A DNA stretch of 64,000 nucleotides, from NCBI GenBank assembly GCA_016188245.1, contig JACPIE010000019.1, positions 1,442 through 65,441 of the forward strand. Reading direction: 5' to 3'. Under the pieces are notes generated by a model. The model was not told where the DNA came from, did no database searches, and saw only the letters and a program-made list of their open reading frames with translations. The stretch comes from Candidatus Woesearchaeota archaeon. Its GTDB lineage: Archaea > Nanobdellota > Nanobdellia > Woesearchaeales > GW2011-AR4. The position numbers and the translations under genes are program-made. Shown here piece after piece: positions 26,836 to 35,436 of the stretch. How positions within the stretch are numbered: position 1 is the stretch's first letter; every line of letters starts with the position of its first letter.

Positions 26836-27303
26836 TTAAGGCAAATCTTCTTCTGGTATTCTTTCAGGATTATCAAAATAAGACATTATTTGATTTATAT
26901 GTTGTTCATCCCAATCAAAAGGACTTAACTTCAATTGTATTTCTCTCCCCAATCTTGCAATACTTTGAATTTCCGAATATAGGAGTTTGGTCTGCAATAA
27001 ATTGTGTATCACATCATTTCTCCCTCTGTTAAAGGTTTTTATCTTGGTGAAAATGGAATCATCAATAATGTCAAATAAATGACAAACTTCAGCTAAAATT
27101 GCCAAAGAATTTTGTTTTCCTCCGGATTTTATTTTTTGTCTTTTTTTAATATAGTATTTTATAGGTTTTCCATCGGTGAGATGCCTAATCACCCTGTATT
27201 GTAAATATATCTCTATTGTGTTATGGAGCAAGGAAATCGCCTCAATATATGACTGATTTTTTAATGCTCTCCCGATAAACTTCTCAAAAGTCCTATCATC
27301 CAA
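26836..27303 (-). CDS. Hypothetical all-helical protein with a HEPN-like R-N-x3-H motif
   Basis: The 155-aa ORF contains FNRGRNDVIHNLL, which matches the Rx4-6H / RNxxxH HEPN signature. The only available start is a TTG, and a TATA-like TTAAAAAT lies about 22 nt upstream. No partner gene was recognised. Confidence 0.35.
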   Translation of the reverse strand: MDDRTFEKFIGRALKNQSYIEAISLLHNTIEIYLQYRVIRHLTDGKPIKYYIKKRQKIKSGGKQNSLAILAEVCHLFDIIDDSIFTKIKTFNRGRNDVIHNLLQTKLLYSEIQSIARLGREIQLKLSPFDWDEQHINQIMSYFDNPERIPEEDLP

Positions 27304-27358
27304 TCTTTTTCCTAAGAATGTATTTTTAATCTTCTCAATCCCCTTTCCGTATAACTAA

Positions 27359-28075
27359 TCATATCCTGCCAAGCAAATGCTCAATCCTCAGTTTCAGCAC
27401 CATGAAATAGCCTGCTGCCAGCTGCGGAATGCCGAGCTTTGAATGCCCTTTTGTCCTGTTTACGAATGTAATAGGAATTTCTTTTATCCTGAATCCTTTG
27501 AGATGGGCTTTGAATAAAATCTCCTGGACAATTGCAGGGCCTTTGGATTCAAGCCTTTCAAGGTTTATTGCTTCAAGGACTTTTCTTCTGAAGCACCTAA
27601 ACCCGGAATTGCAGTCATTTACTTTAATTCCAAGCAGTACTTTGATGTATAAATTTGCGCCCCAAGTCACAAATCTCCTGAGAAGACTTCTTCCTGTCTC
27701 TTTGCCGCCTTCAATTCTCCTTGAGCCGAGCACCAGGTCGGCATTTTTCAGCTCACCAATCATTTTAGGAATATACTTTGGATTATGAGACATGTCAGCA
27801 TCCATCTCGACAACAATGCCGGCATCATGCTTCATGCAGTAAATAAACCCGTCCCTGCCGGCAGCTCCCCTTCCTTTGTTTACTTTCCTCAGCAGAAGAT
27901 GGACATTCTTGTTTTTTTTGGATATGTCTTGAACTATCTTCCACGTCCCGTCAGGCGAATTGTCATCAACAACAGCAATATGCAAGTCCTTTATCTTTAA
28001 TTTCAGGATTTCATCTATTAAGTTGCCTATGTTCTCGCTTTCATTGTAGGTTGGGATCATGACGAATGTTTTCAT
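27359..28075 (-). CDS. Polyprenol/dolichol-phosphate mannose synthase-like GT2 (Dpm1-like)
   Basis: It has MIPTYNESENI, VVDDNSPDGT, VNKGRGAAGRDG and EMDADMSHNP, the classic Dpm1/Ppm1 signatures. Confidence 0.9.
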   Translation of the reverse strand: MKTFVMIPTYNESENIGNLIDEILKLKIKDLHIAVVDDNSPDGTWKIVQDISKKNKNVHLLLRKVNKGRGAAGRDGFIYCMKHDAGIVVEMDADMSHNPKYIPKMIGELKNADLVLGSRRIEGGKETGRSLLRRFVTWGANLYIKVLLGIKVNDCNSGFRCFRRKVLEAINLERLESKGPAIVQEILFKAHLKGFRIKEIPITFVNRTKGHSKLGIPQLAAGYFMVLKLRIEHLLGRI

Positions 28076-28099
28076 TATATCCTATAGATAAGCAGGGCA

Positions 28100-28107
28100 T
28101 TTATAAA
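28100..28107 (-). promoter_or_regulatory. TATA box (TTTATAAA) for the Dpm1-like gene
   Basis: The box centre lies about 28 nt upstream of ATG 28075. Confidence 0.5.
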
Positions 28108-28217
28108 TCTAGTTGTCCTTGTATTTTAGGCAAAGTTTAAATAGATTATTTCATTTTATATACTAAAAAGTAGTACAATTATTATTACTTTTGACATGCC
28201 GGCAAAAAATTAAGAAT

Positions 28218-31200
28218 ATGAAAAAATTATTATTAGTTGTAATAAGCGTGATATTTTTGTTATTGTTAGTTGTATTTGTTGGTTCATCTGGAGCAGGCGG
28301 AGGCAGTGGTGGTTCTTCACTTCCTCCTAACGTGACACTTAACAATCCTATCAATTATTATAATTCAACTACAACAAACATTGTTTTAAATTTTACAGTT
28401 GTTGATGATTTTGACACATCACTAAACTGTAATCTAACTATAAATAACATAGTCAATATTACTAATATCACGGCAGCCAACGGTACCCCACAGATTAACA
28501 TTATTGGTAATTTTAATGATGGGATATATTACTGGAATGTAACCTGCTTGGACAGTTTGAATAATACAAACGCATCTGTTACAAGAAAATTTTCAATAGA
28601 TACTATAGCACCAACAACAAGCCTTAATGGAACCAGTGCAAAATCTCTAAATGCAGGACAAACTGTTTATATATGGGCAAATTGGGCAGATGCAACAACT
28701 GGCGTTAAAAATGCTGAATTAATAGTAAATGGTTTTGTTAATCAGATAAATATTACAAGCTTAGCAGCTGGCTCAGAAGCTACTTATAATTTCAGCTATG
28801 TTGCATCAATCTCGCAAATTGGAGATACCTTAAATTTTACAATTAATGCAACTGATTATACTGGAAATGAGAACTCAACTGCATTGTTGCAAGTTGCTGT
28901 AGTTGATGGTTTGTCTCCAAACGTCATATTAATATCCCCAATAGATGGGCATAATTCAAGCAACACTAATGTAACTTTGCAACTCAATGTTACGGATGAC
29001 TATGCTTCGACTGTTTATTGTAATGTTACGGTGGATGGTGTTGTTAACACTACACAGAATGATACTTCAATTACTTCTAATACATACAAGACCTTTACTA
29101 CTCTAATCACAGGTTTATCAGATTCAACGCATTACTGGAATGTTACGTGTTGGGATTCTTCCAATAACAAAAATATTTCTGCCACAAGAAAGTTTTCTGT
29201 TGACACAGTTCCTCCTATAATCTCTAATTTAAGAAATACGTCAACTACTAATGAAAATAGCTATATAGAATTTGATTGCAATGAAAACTGTAATTATTCT
29301 ATTTCATGGTATAACTCTGCCGAATTGGTAGGCTCTCTCAATAATAATACTTTTGCAACTTCCCATAAACCATATCTATCAAGTTTGACAAATTCAACAA
29401 CATATTTTATCAATCTCACAGTAAATGATATTGTTGGAAATAAGGTTGTAAATAATACTTTTAATTTTACTACGGCTAACACTATTGTTGCAGATACAAC
29501 TCCTCCAATAATTAACTTGGATGCACCTTCGAATATGACTAGTAATTTTACTTTATTATTTGCTGATTTTTCTGATGATAGTGGTTTAGGAGGAGTTATT
29601 AACCTAAATGAACTATTAGATAATTCTAAGGAAAAAAATCTTACTTTTAACTCCGATGAAACTCGAACCGCTTATTTGAATTTGCCAAAAAATGCTACAG
29701 TATCATCCGCCACATTAGATTTAAAAGGATACAACTATAGTGATTATGTTTATTATTCTTTTGAGAATGAAGTTTACACTTCACGTGAAGAAAAACTGGG
29801 GGAAGGATGGGCTAACCTTTTTGGTCATATTAGCGGTGCTGGTACTTTTAATCCACACGTTATAATAAAAACTATCCCGATTGACTTTACAGTTAATAAG
29901 CTAAAATTATTCTATAAAAAAGGAGGTGGAGATAATATTCCTTTCCATTATCAAATTGCAATATGTAAAATAGATAATAATAATGCATGTTTAAATTCTT
30001 TAAGTACTATATCTAATGATTTTACAGTATATGATTATCCAAATTTTACATTATATGATTATGCAAATCAAACACAAGATATTATTTTAAATAACACTTA
30101 CGATCTTAAAAATGGAGATAGATATAAAATTGCATTTACTTGTATTGGGAGTTGTATAGGTATTACTTATCCATCTACTTATTTTGTAGGAAAAGTTGGA
30201 GATAGTGATGAGGGATTATTTGATGATAATATTGCAGTGCTACCTAGTACAGGCAGCCTCTTGAAATTAAAGCTTTTTCCAGTCCCTGAGAGTCCTAAAT
30301 CCATATCAATTGATGTTGGAAATAACAGTGTCTTTGAATGGATTTACTCAGGAGATTTATTAAATACAACAACAGTTTCAAATTTAAAAGATGCAACGAA
30401 TAATTATCTCTCAACTTGTCAAGCGGATAACAATGGATATTGTTCCATCCCAATCACTTTTGATTCACAGTCAATAGGAATTATGGAAATTTCAAATCTA
30501 AATGTGAAATATCTAGGAAATAACTCTTGCGAAGTTTGTATCGCTTCGGATGGAAAATGCGATACAGAATGGACTATTAATAATGTGACAAATACTTATA
30601 GTAATGATTATTTAAGTGGAAACTGCTCTTATTCTTGGAACACATCAAACTACAATGACGGCATTTACAACGTTAGCATTAGAATAAAAGATACCGCTTA
30701 TAATACTGGAACGTCATCCAAAAAAATAACTCTTGATAGAACTCCTCCAAACATTTACCATCGGTACCCATACGATAACGGAGCTTTTAAGGTAACTAAT
30801 ATAGATCCAGAAAATATCTCAAATAGTACTCTAATAAGATTTAGATATGATGTAACTGATTTATCTACAATTGCAAATTGTTCTTTGATATTTAATGATA
30901 AAATTAATAATACAGATATTTTGATAGAAGGCAATTATTACGAGCGATTTAATCTAACTATCTCGACAAAAGTTAGTAGCACACAATATTATACACAATA
31001 TTATAATTGGAGCATTAACTGTATAGATATTTTTGGCCATAAAAGCTCAACGGATACAAGAATATTTACTTTGCTTGTAATGAACAATTTCTCAGGCGAA
31101 ACAACGGATTTAGGGGCAGTGAATTTATCAAATATAGAGAATTTAACTTTTGAACAAGTAACTTCCGGTAAAATAAAATTCTCTGAAACTGTTAATCTTA

Positions 31201-31946
31201 ACGGAATAGATGATATAAACAAACATGTGAAAATATCTTATAACCGAGTAGAGATAAATAGCAGTGCTTTCCCGGCGTTAAATAAAAGTGCCACTCTTTA
31301 TGTTTATAATTTAACATATAACACAACACCAAAAATTGTAAGGGATAACCTTACATGTCCGGATGCAATTTGTAAAATTGTAAGCTATTCTAATGGAACT
31401 TTGATTTTTAATGTAAGCCAGTTTAGTGTTTATACTACAGAAGAAGCTCCTGCTGATAGCGGCTCTTCAGGTAGCAGTAGCGGAAGTTCTGGATCTTCAG
31501 GAAGCTCCTCAGGCGGAGGCGGTGGTGGTGGAGGCGGCGGTGGAGGCGGAGCAGCAGGCTTCATCTGCAGCATGGATTGGAAGTGTGGAGATTGGTCTGC
31601 CTGTTCAGATGGAACTCAGACAAGGCAGTGTGATTTTGTGAAAGTGCCGCAGCATTGGCAGGAAACAGAATGCCCAGTCGAGTTAAATGCACCATTAGAA
31701 AACCAAAAATGTGAAATTAAGGCAGAAACAACACCAATATCTATAGAAACAAAAGAACCAATCTCAGCAATTGTTGCAATACCAAATCAAACTTCAAAAA
31801 CTAATGAAAGCTTAACCCAGATTACAGGCGGTGCTGTAACTCGCTTACTTTCCAACACTAAGGCTTTAAAGGAGCTTACTGTTGGCGGATTAATCTTGGC
31901 CATAGCCGGAATTCTTGGCTATACCTTTTTATACAAAAGAAAATAA
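28218..31946 (+). CDS. Very large cell-surface glycoprotein (S-layer/adhesin-like), membrane-anchored
   Basis: I prefer the ATG at 28218 (MKKLLLVVISVIFLLLLVVF signal/anchor) over the TTG at 28191. The protein has repeated Ig-like modules (..HYWNVTCWDSSNNKNISATRKFSVDTVPP..) and dozens of N-x-S/T sequons. It ends with a poly-Ser/Gly linker, a Cys-rich W.C..WS.C..G.Q.R.C module and a C-terminal TM helix followed by KRK. Confidence 0.8.
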   Translation: MKKLLLVVISVIFLLLLVVFVGSSGAGGGSGGSSLPPNVTLNNPINYYNSTTTNIVLNFTVVDDFDTSLNCNLTINNIVNITNITAANGTPQINIIGNFNDGIYYWNVTCLDSLNNTNASVTRKFSIDTIAPTTSLNGTSAKSLNAGQTVYIWANWADATTGVKNAELIVNGFVNQINITSLAAGSEATYNFSYVASISQIGDTLNFTINATDYTGNENSTALLQVAVVDGLSPNVILISPIDGHNSSNTNVTLQLNVTDDYASTVYCNVTVDGVVNTTQNDTSITSNTYKTFTTLITGLSDSTHYWNVTCWDSSNNKNISATRKFSVDTVPPIISNLRNTSTTNENSYIEFDCNENCNYSISWYNSAELVGSLNNNTFATSHKPYLSSLTNSTTYFINLTVNDIVGNKVVNNTFNFTTANTIVADTTPPIINLDAPSNMTSNFTLLFADFSDDSGLGGVINLNELLDNSKEKNLTFNSDETRTAYLNLPKNATVSSATLDLKGYNYSDYVYYSFENEVYTSREEKLGEGWANLFGHISGAGTFNPHVIIKTIPIDFTVNKLKLFYKKGGGDNIPFHYQIAICKIDNNNACLNSLSTISNDFTVYDYPNFTLYDYANQTQDIILNNTYDLKNGDRYKIAFTCIGSCIGITYPSTYFVGKVGDSDEGLFDDNIAVLPSTGSLLKLKLFPVPESPKSISIDVGNNSVFEWIYSGDLLNTTTVSNLKDATNNYLSTCQADNNGYCSIPITFDSQSIGIMEISNLNVKYLGNNSCEVCIASDGKCDTEWTINNVTNTYSNDYLSGNCSYSWNTSNYNDGIYNVSIRIKDTAYNTGTSSKKITLDRTPPNIYHRYPYDNGAFKVTNIDPENISNSTLIRFRYDVTDLSTIANCSLIFNDKINNTDILIEGNYYERFNLTISTKVSSTQYYTQYYNWSINCIDIFGHKSSTDTRIFTLLVMNNFSGETTDLGAVNLSNIENLTFEQVTSGKIKFSETVNLNGIDDINKHVKISYNRVEINSSAFPALNKSATLYVYNLTYNTTPKIVRDNLTCPDAICKIVSYSNGTLIFNVSQFSVYTTEEAPADSGSSGSSSGSSGSSGSSSGGGGGGGGGGGGGAAGFICSMDWKCGDWSACSDGTQTRQCDFVKVPQHWQETECPVELNAPLENQKCEIKAETTPISIETKEPISAIVAIPNQTSKTNESLTQITGGAVTRLLSNTKALKELTVGGLILAIAGILGYTFLYKRK

Positions 31947-31950
31947 ATAA

Positions 31951-32946
31951 TCAATCCAATTTCTTAACCGCTTTAACCATCCCGTTAATATTCCATTCTG
32001 GCGGATAACTACATTTAGGCTTATATGAGCAATAGTCTTTTCCTTTTCCAATTATTTTTACGCCCCTTTCATACAGCTCAATTTCGCTTGCCGAAGTCGG
32101 GTAGAAAAAAGCCACAATTTTTTTCTTCAATGCAACTCCGATATGCAAAGCAAGGCTGTCTGAAGTGACAAGCACATTGCACAAATTGACCAAAGAGGCA
32201 AACTCCATCAGGGAATTGCTGCAGCCGGCGTCAATAACTTTTGTTTTGGATTTTTTAATGATTTGCTTGTTCCTCTCAATCTCCTCAGGCCCTCCAAACA
32301 GGATTATCTTTAAATTTTTAATCCGGCTTAATTTATCAATCAATTCACAAGTCTCTTCAATGCTTAATTTCTTGTCCTCCCATCTCCCGCCTGCTCCAGT
32401 GTTTATTCCCACGACAAAATCTTTTTTGCTGATATTATTTTTTAATGCAAATTCTTTTCCAAACTTCAGATTTTTTTCATCTAAATTTAGTATAGGCTCC
32501 TGTTTTTTATACTTCAAATCCAGGATATTATACATTATTTCAGGATGGGTTTTCCTATTCAGCGCCTTGAGTTCGTCAGCCCTTTGCTTGCCAAATCTTG
32601 AAATCAGCCCCATGTCAAACCATAATGAAGAGTCGTTTGTATACTTTTTTTGCCCGTCTTCTATATAGGCCCCGATTATTTTTTTGGAGCCGGTCTTCGA
32701 TGCCAATTCACATGCCATATCTTCATCATCCAGACTTATCACCAAATCATAGCTTTTGCCCGGCTTGTAGCTTTCAATAATCCAAACTTTGTCAATCATT
32801 TTGTTGTTCTTCAGGACATCAAATGACAGCTTTTTGACAGCCCAGTCTATCCTGCAGTTTTTGTATTTCTCCTTCAATCCAGGAATAATGGCAGTTGTCC
32901 TGATTACATCTCCAATTGCCCCGAGTTTGATAATAAGTATATCCAT
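31951..32946 (-). CDS. GT9-family glycosyltransferase (heptosyltransferase-like)
   Basis: ILIIKLGAIGDVIRTTAIIPGLKEKYKNCRIDW and VTSDSLALHIGVALKKKIVAFFYPT match RfaF/RfaC-type signatures. Confidence 0.8.
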   Translation of the reverse strand: MDILIIKLGAIGDVIRTTAIIPGLKEKYKNCRIDWAVKKLSFDVLKNNKMIDKVWIIESYKPGKSYDLVISLDDEDMACELASKTGSKKIIGAYIEDGQKKYTNDSSLWFDMGLISRFGKQRADELKALNRKTHPEIMYNILDLKYKKQEPILNLDEKNLKFGKEFALKNNISKKDFVVGINTGAGGRWEDKKLSIEETCELIDKLSRIKNLKIILFGGPEEIERNKQIIKKSKTKVIDAGCSNSLMEFASLVNLCNVLVTSDSLALHIGVALKKKIVAFFYPTSASEIELYERGVKIIGKGKDYCSYKPKCSYPPEWNINGMVKAVKKLD

Positions 32947-32970
32947 CTGGCATACAGGAAAATCCGAGCA

Positions 32971-32978
32971 TTTTAAAG
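32971..32978 (-). promoter_or_regulatory. TATA-like box for the GT9 gene
   Basis: CTTTAAAA on the minus strand is centred about 28 nt upstream of ATG 32946. Confidence 0.4.
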
Positions 32979-33008
32979 CTTTTTATTTAAAGCGCCGGCA
33001 AACAAATA

Positions 33009-33016
33009 TTTATAAA
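33009..33016 (+). promoter_or_regulatory. TATA box (TTTATAAA) for the membrane-protein pair
   Basis: The box centre lies about 26 nt upstream of ATG 33039. Confidence 0.5.
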
Positions 33017-33038
33017 AGCAGCTATTTGACTTCTGCCT

Positions 33039-34637
33039 ATGAAGCTGAACAAGAATCACATCCAGACCTTGGCATTCATAGCCTTGTACCTCTTCGCGAT
33101 TTATTTCTGGACGCAGCCATTGCAAAGAAAATTGCCTTATGGGGAGTACGATGCAATGTCCCATTTTGAAGTGGCTGATTATATAGCTTACAATGACAAG
33201 TCTTTCATGCAGCTTCCCCCTTACATTGACTTGAGGTATGGCCTTGACAACAGATTCATGCCGCACACTTTGTGGTATCCGCCTACATTCCATGCGTCCC
33301 TTGCTGTTGCAGAAGTTTTTGGAGGAGACAGGGTAATTCCAATATTCCTCCTGAACGCCATAATGGCATCATTCATCTTAATCACCGTTTATTTTGTCAT
33401 AAATTCCTTGTTTGGCTTTTTGCCTGCAATACTGTCTGCCCTTCTCCTTGTTTTTTCTCCAAGGGATTTCATGCCTTACCTGTGGGGCCAGTGGCCTGAA
33501 AGGTTTGCATACGCGCTTATCCCGATTATCCTGTACTGCTTTTACAGGTATTTTATTGGCTATTCAAAGGAAAATAATAATCCTAAATATCTGTATTTGT
33601 CTGCATTGTTTTTGGGGATAATCATACTGGCGCATCCGCTTGCTTTCTTCCATTCCGCTGCAGGCCTGCTTATTTTGTACGTTTTTTTGGCGTTAAAGCA
33701 AAAGAAGCTTGCTTTTAATCTGAAGCATGCCCTTGCATCTGCTGCAATCTTCCTTACATTATTTTTTATTTTCCCATACCAAACGTTCAATATTCTTCCT
33801 CAAATTGCCGGCGGAGCCGACGAAAGCTTAAAGCAATTCGACTTATCAAGAATTTTCCAATGGTCTTTGGATCCAAAAGACTATGCTGGCAGCGTTCCTC
33901 AAAGTTATTTTTCTTTTGGTGACATGCACGGCTTGTGGACTTTGCCTTTTTTGATTATTGGAATTTTGACATTGGCCTGGAGAAGGGAAGAGCGCGATAT
34001 CTTCATGCTGGCATGGCTTGTAAGCCTTTACCTTGTCCTTCATAGGGATATTGCAGGAAAGGCATCGTTTTTGCACCGCTCACTGTCAGCTTCTGCCCAC
34101 ATATTTGCACCATTGACGGCGATTGGGGCCGTTTACCTTGCATCATTCATCAAGCTGCCTTCAAGTTTCAGCAAATGGCTGAAATACGGAATTGCAGCTG
34201 TTTTTGTCTTCCTCATATTTTCAGTCAACATGGCAAATGCCTCAAAAACCCTGAACAAGGACACTTACAATGACTTTTTTTCAGCATTAAACGGTGAGGA
34301 ATATCGGGCAGCGCAATGGTCTCTTGAAAATATTCCTTCTTCAGCCAACATTACAATCCTCGGAATTCCGCACCAGGAGCAGTTTCAGTCGGCAACTTCC
34401 AAAAAAATAAGGTGGTTCGCTGCAGTGTCACAGCACGTCACGAGGTTTTATTATTTGAGGGAAGACAAAGAAGAGCTTTTGAAGTCAAAAGAGTGGTACA
34501 TAATGCTTGACTACACAATGCTCGGCCCCCTGAACGACAAAAAAACATTTGATGAAATGCAGGAATTTGAAAGGACAAAATTAACGAACCATGCTTTAGT
34601 TTATGATAAAGGCGGAATAAGGGTGTACAAGCCATGA
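33039..34637 (+). CDS. Large polytopic membrane protein, candidate GT-C-fold glycosyltransferase (family unassigned)
   Basis: The 532-aa ORF has more than 10 TM helices and a C-terminal soluble domain. The first loop carries LPYGEYDAMSHFEVADYI, an acidic ArnT/PMT-like motif. It is a paralogue of 35330-36961. Confidence 0.5.
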   Translation: MKLNKNHIQTLAFIALYLFAIYFWTQPLQRKLPYGEYDAMSHFEVADYIAYNDKSFMQLPPYIDLRYGLDNRFMPHTLWYPPTFHASLAVAEVFGGDRVIPIFLLNAIMASFILITVYFVINSLFGFLPAILSALLLVFSPRDFMPYLWGQWPERFAYALIPIILYCFYRYFIGYSKENNNPKYLYLSALFLGIIILAHPLAFFHSAAGLLILYVFLALKQKKLAFNLKHALASAAIFLTLFFIFPYQTFNILPQIAGGADESLKQFDLSRIFQWSLDPKDYAGSVPQSYFSFGDMHGLWTLPFLIIGILTLAWRREERDIFMLAWLVSLYLVLHRDIAGKASFLHRSLSASAHIFAPLTAIGAVYLASFIKLPSSFSKWLKYGIAAVFVFLIFSVNMANASKTLNKDTYNDFFSALNGEEYRAAQWSLENIPSSANITILGIPHQEQFQSATSKKIRWFAAVSQHVTRFYYLREDKEELLKSKEWYIMLDYTMLGPLNDKKTFDEMQEFERTKLTNHALVYDKGGIRVYKP

Positions 34638-34972
34638 ATTTCAAATTTAAAGAAGTTTATGTATTTTCATTAGCTGCCGCATTGCCGATATTTATTTTTT
34701 CATATGCACTGTTTGGGATAACGGGCATCAGGGTAGTTCTCGGAATCATTTTTGTTTCGTTTCCGTTTTATGTCCTGCTAAACAGGCTCGAGCTTGCTGA
34801 AGGCGAAAAATTTGTTTTTTCTGCCTTGCTTGGGCTCACGGCATTGCCTTCCCTTGCATATATTCTTGGGTTCCTAATTCCGTTTAGAATGGCAATCGCA
34901 GCATCATTCATAACACTCATCAGTATTGCCGTTTTATTTGTTAAGTGCAAAAATTCAAGAAAAGAAAACTAA
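34634..34972 (+). CDS. Small 3-4-TM membrane protein, translationally coupled to 33039-34637
   Basis: Its ATG overlaps the upstream stop (ATGA). It is 112 aa, hydrophobic, and a paralogue of 34969-35436. Confidence 0.5.
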   Translation: MNFKFKEVYVFSLAAALPIFIFSYALFGITGIRVVLGIIFVSFPFYVLLNRLELAEGEKFVFSALLGLTALPSLAYILGFLIPFRMAIAASFITLISIAVLFVKCKNSRKEN

Positions 34973-35436
34973 TTCCCGGTTTGGTTGCCGTTTTTTTTAT
35001 TGATAGCTGCAATCAGCCCTACTGCAATAATTGCCAATGGCAATAATGCAGCATGGTATTTTAAGTTCAGGCCGCCCAGCCCAAGGTAATAGCTTAATAT
35101 TCCGGTCACGCCTATGGCTAACGCAATTCCAACTACAATTCTCTCGATAAACTCAAATTTTTCTCTCCAGTAAAGCATTGCAGAGTAGCCCGGCAAAACA
35201 AAAAGCCAGAACAAAGACAGCACGGTCCTAAGTAAAACTATCGAATTTTCCTTAAAAAATACAATCTTGAATATCACTAGGCATATTAAAAGCAGCATTC
35301 CAATGTACTTTGCTTCCTTTTTTATTTGTTCAAAAATTTCTTTCTTCAATGCAATCCCCCCCTGTGGCGCCATTTTTAAGTATAACGACAACATCATTCT
35401 CGAATACATTTGCCGCTCCATTCTTAAGCATTTCAT
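34969..35436 (-). CDS. Small membrane protein, paralogue of 34634-34972 (start uncertain)
   Basis: LYWREKFEFIERIVVGIALAIGVTGILSYYLGL aligns with LNRLELAEGEKFVFSALLGLTALPSLAYILGF. The ORF-track start 35436 overlaps the upstream gene by 107 nt. In-frame ATGs at 35373 and 35298 are alternatives, and 35298 gives a 109-aa protein matching the paralogue's length. Confidence 0.5.
   Translation of the reverse strand: MKCLRMERQMYSRMMLSLYLKMAPQGGIALKKEIFEQIKKEAKYIGMLLLICLVIFKIVFFKENSIVLLRTVLSLFWLFVLPGYSAMLYWREKFEFIERIVVGIALAIGVTGILSYYLGLGGLNLKYHAALLPLAIIAVGLIAAINKKNGNQTGN

Noticed and set aside
26664-26876. A 70-aa minus-strand ORF downstream of the HEPN-like gene. It contains an internal MEKAVISKEEYEKL, which looks like an antitoxin N terminus.
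   Set aside because: It overlaps the HEPN-like gene's 3' end in another frame. The antitoxin-like part is only ~14 residues before it degenerates (RPPWLFPLRYFSWF). There is no SD or TATA. I mention it only as a possible pseudogene remnant under the islet finding.
28191-28217. A TTG-initiated N-terminal extension (MTCRQKIKN) of the large surface protein, as given in the ORF track.
   Set aside because: ATG 28218 immediately precedes a canonical basic-then-hydrophobic signal/anchor (MKKLLLVVISVIF...). The TTG extension adds nothing recognisable. This remains uncertain, because a TATA-like box at ~28154-28162 would place the TSS near 28190.
31426-31641. A 71-aa alternative-frame ORF over the GC-rich Gly/Ser-coding tract. 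I also considered whether the tract (ggcggaggcggtggtggtggaggcggcggtggaggcgga) is a non-coding repeat or G-quadruplex element.
   Set aside because: The tract is in frame within the 1242-aa ORF and encodes a plausible poly-Gly hinge. The alternative frame gives Ala/Val/Glu low-complexity sequence. G-runs of only 2-3 make a stable quadruplex unconvincing.
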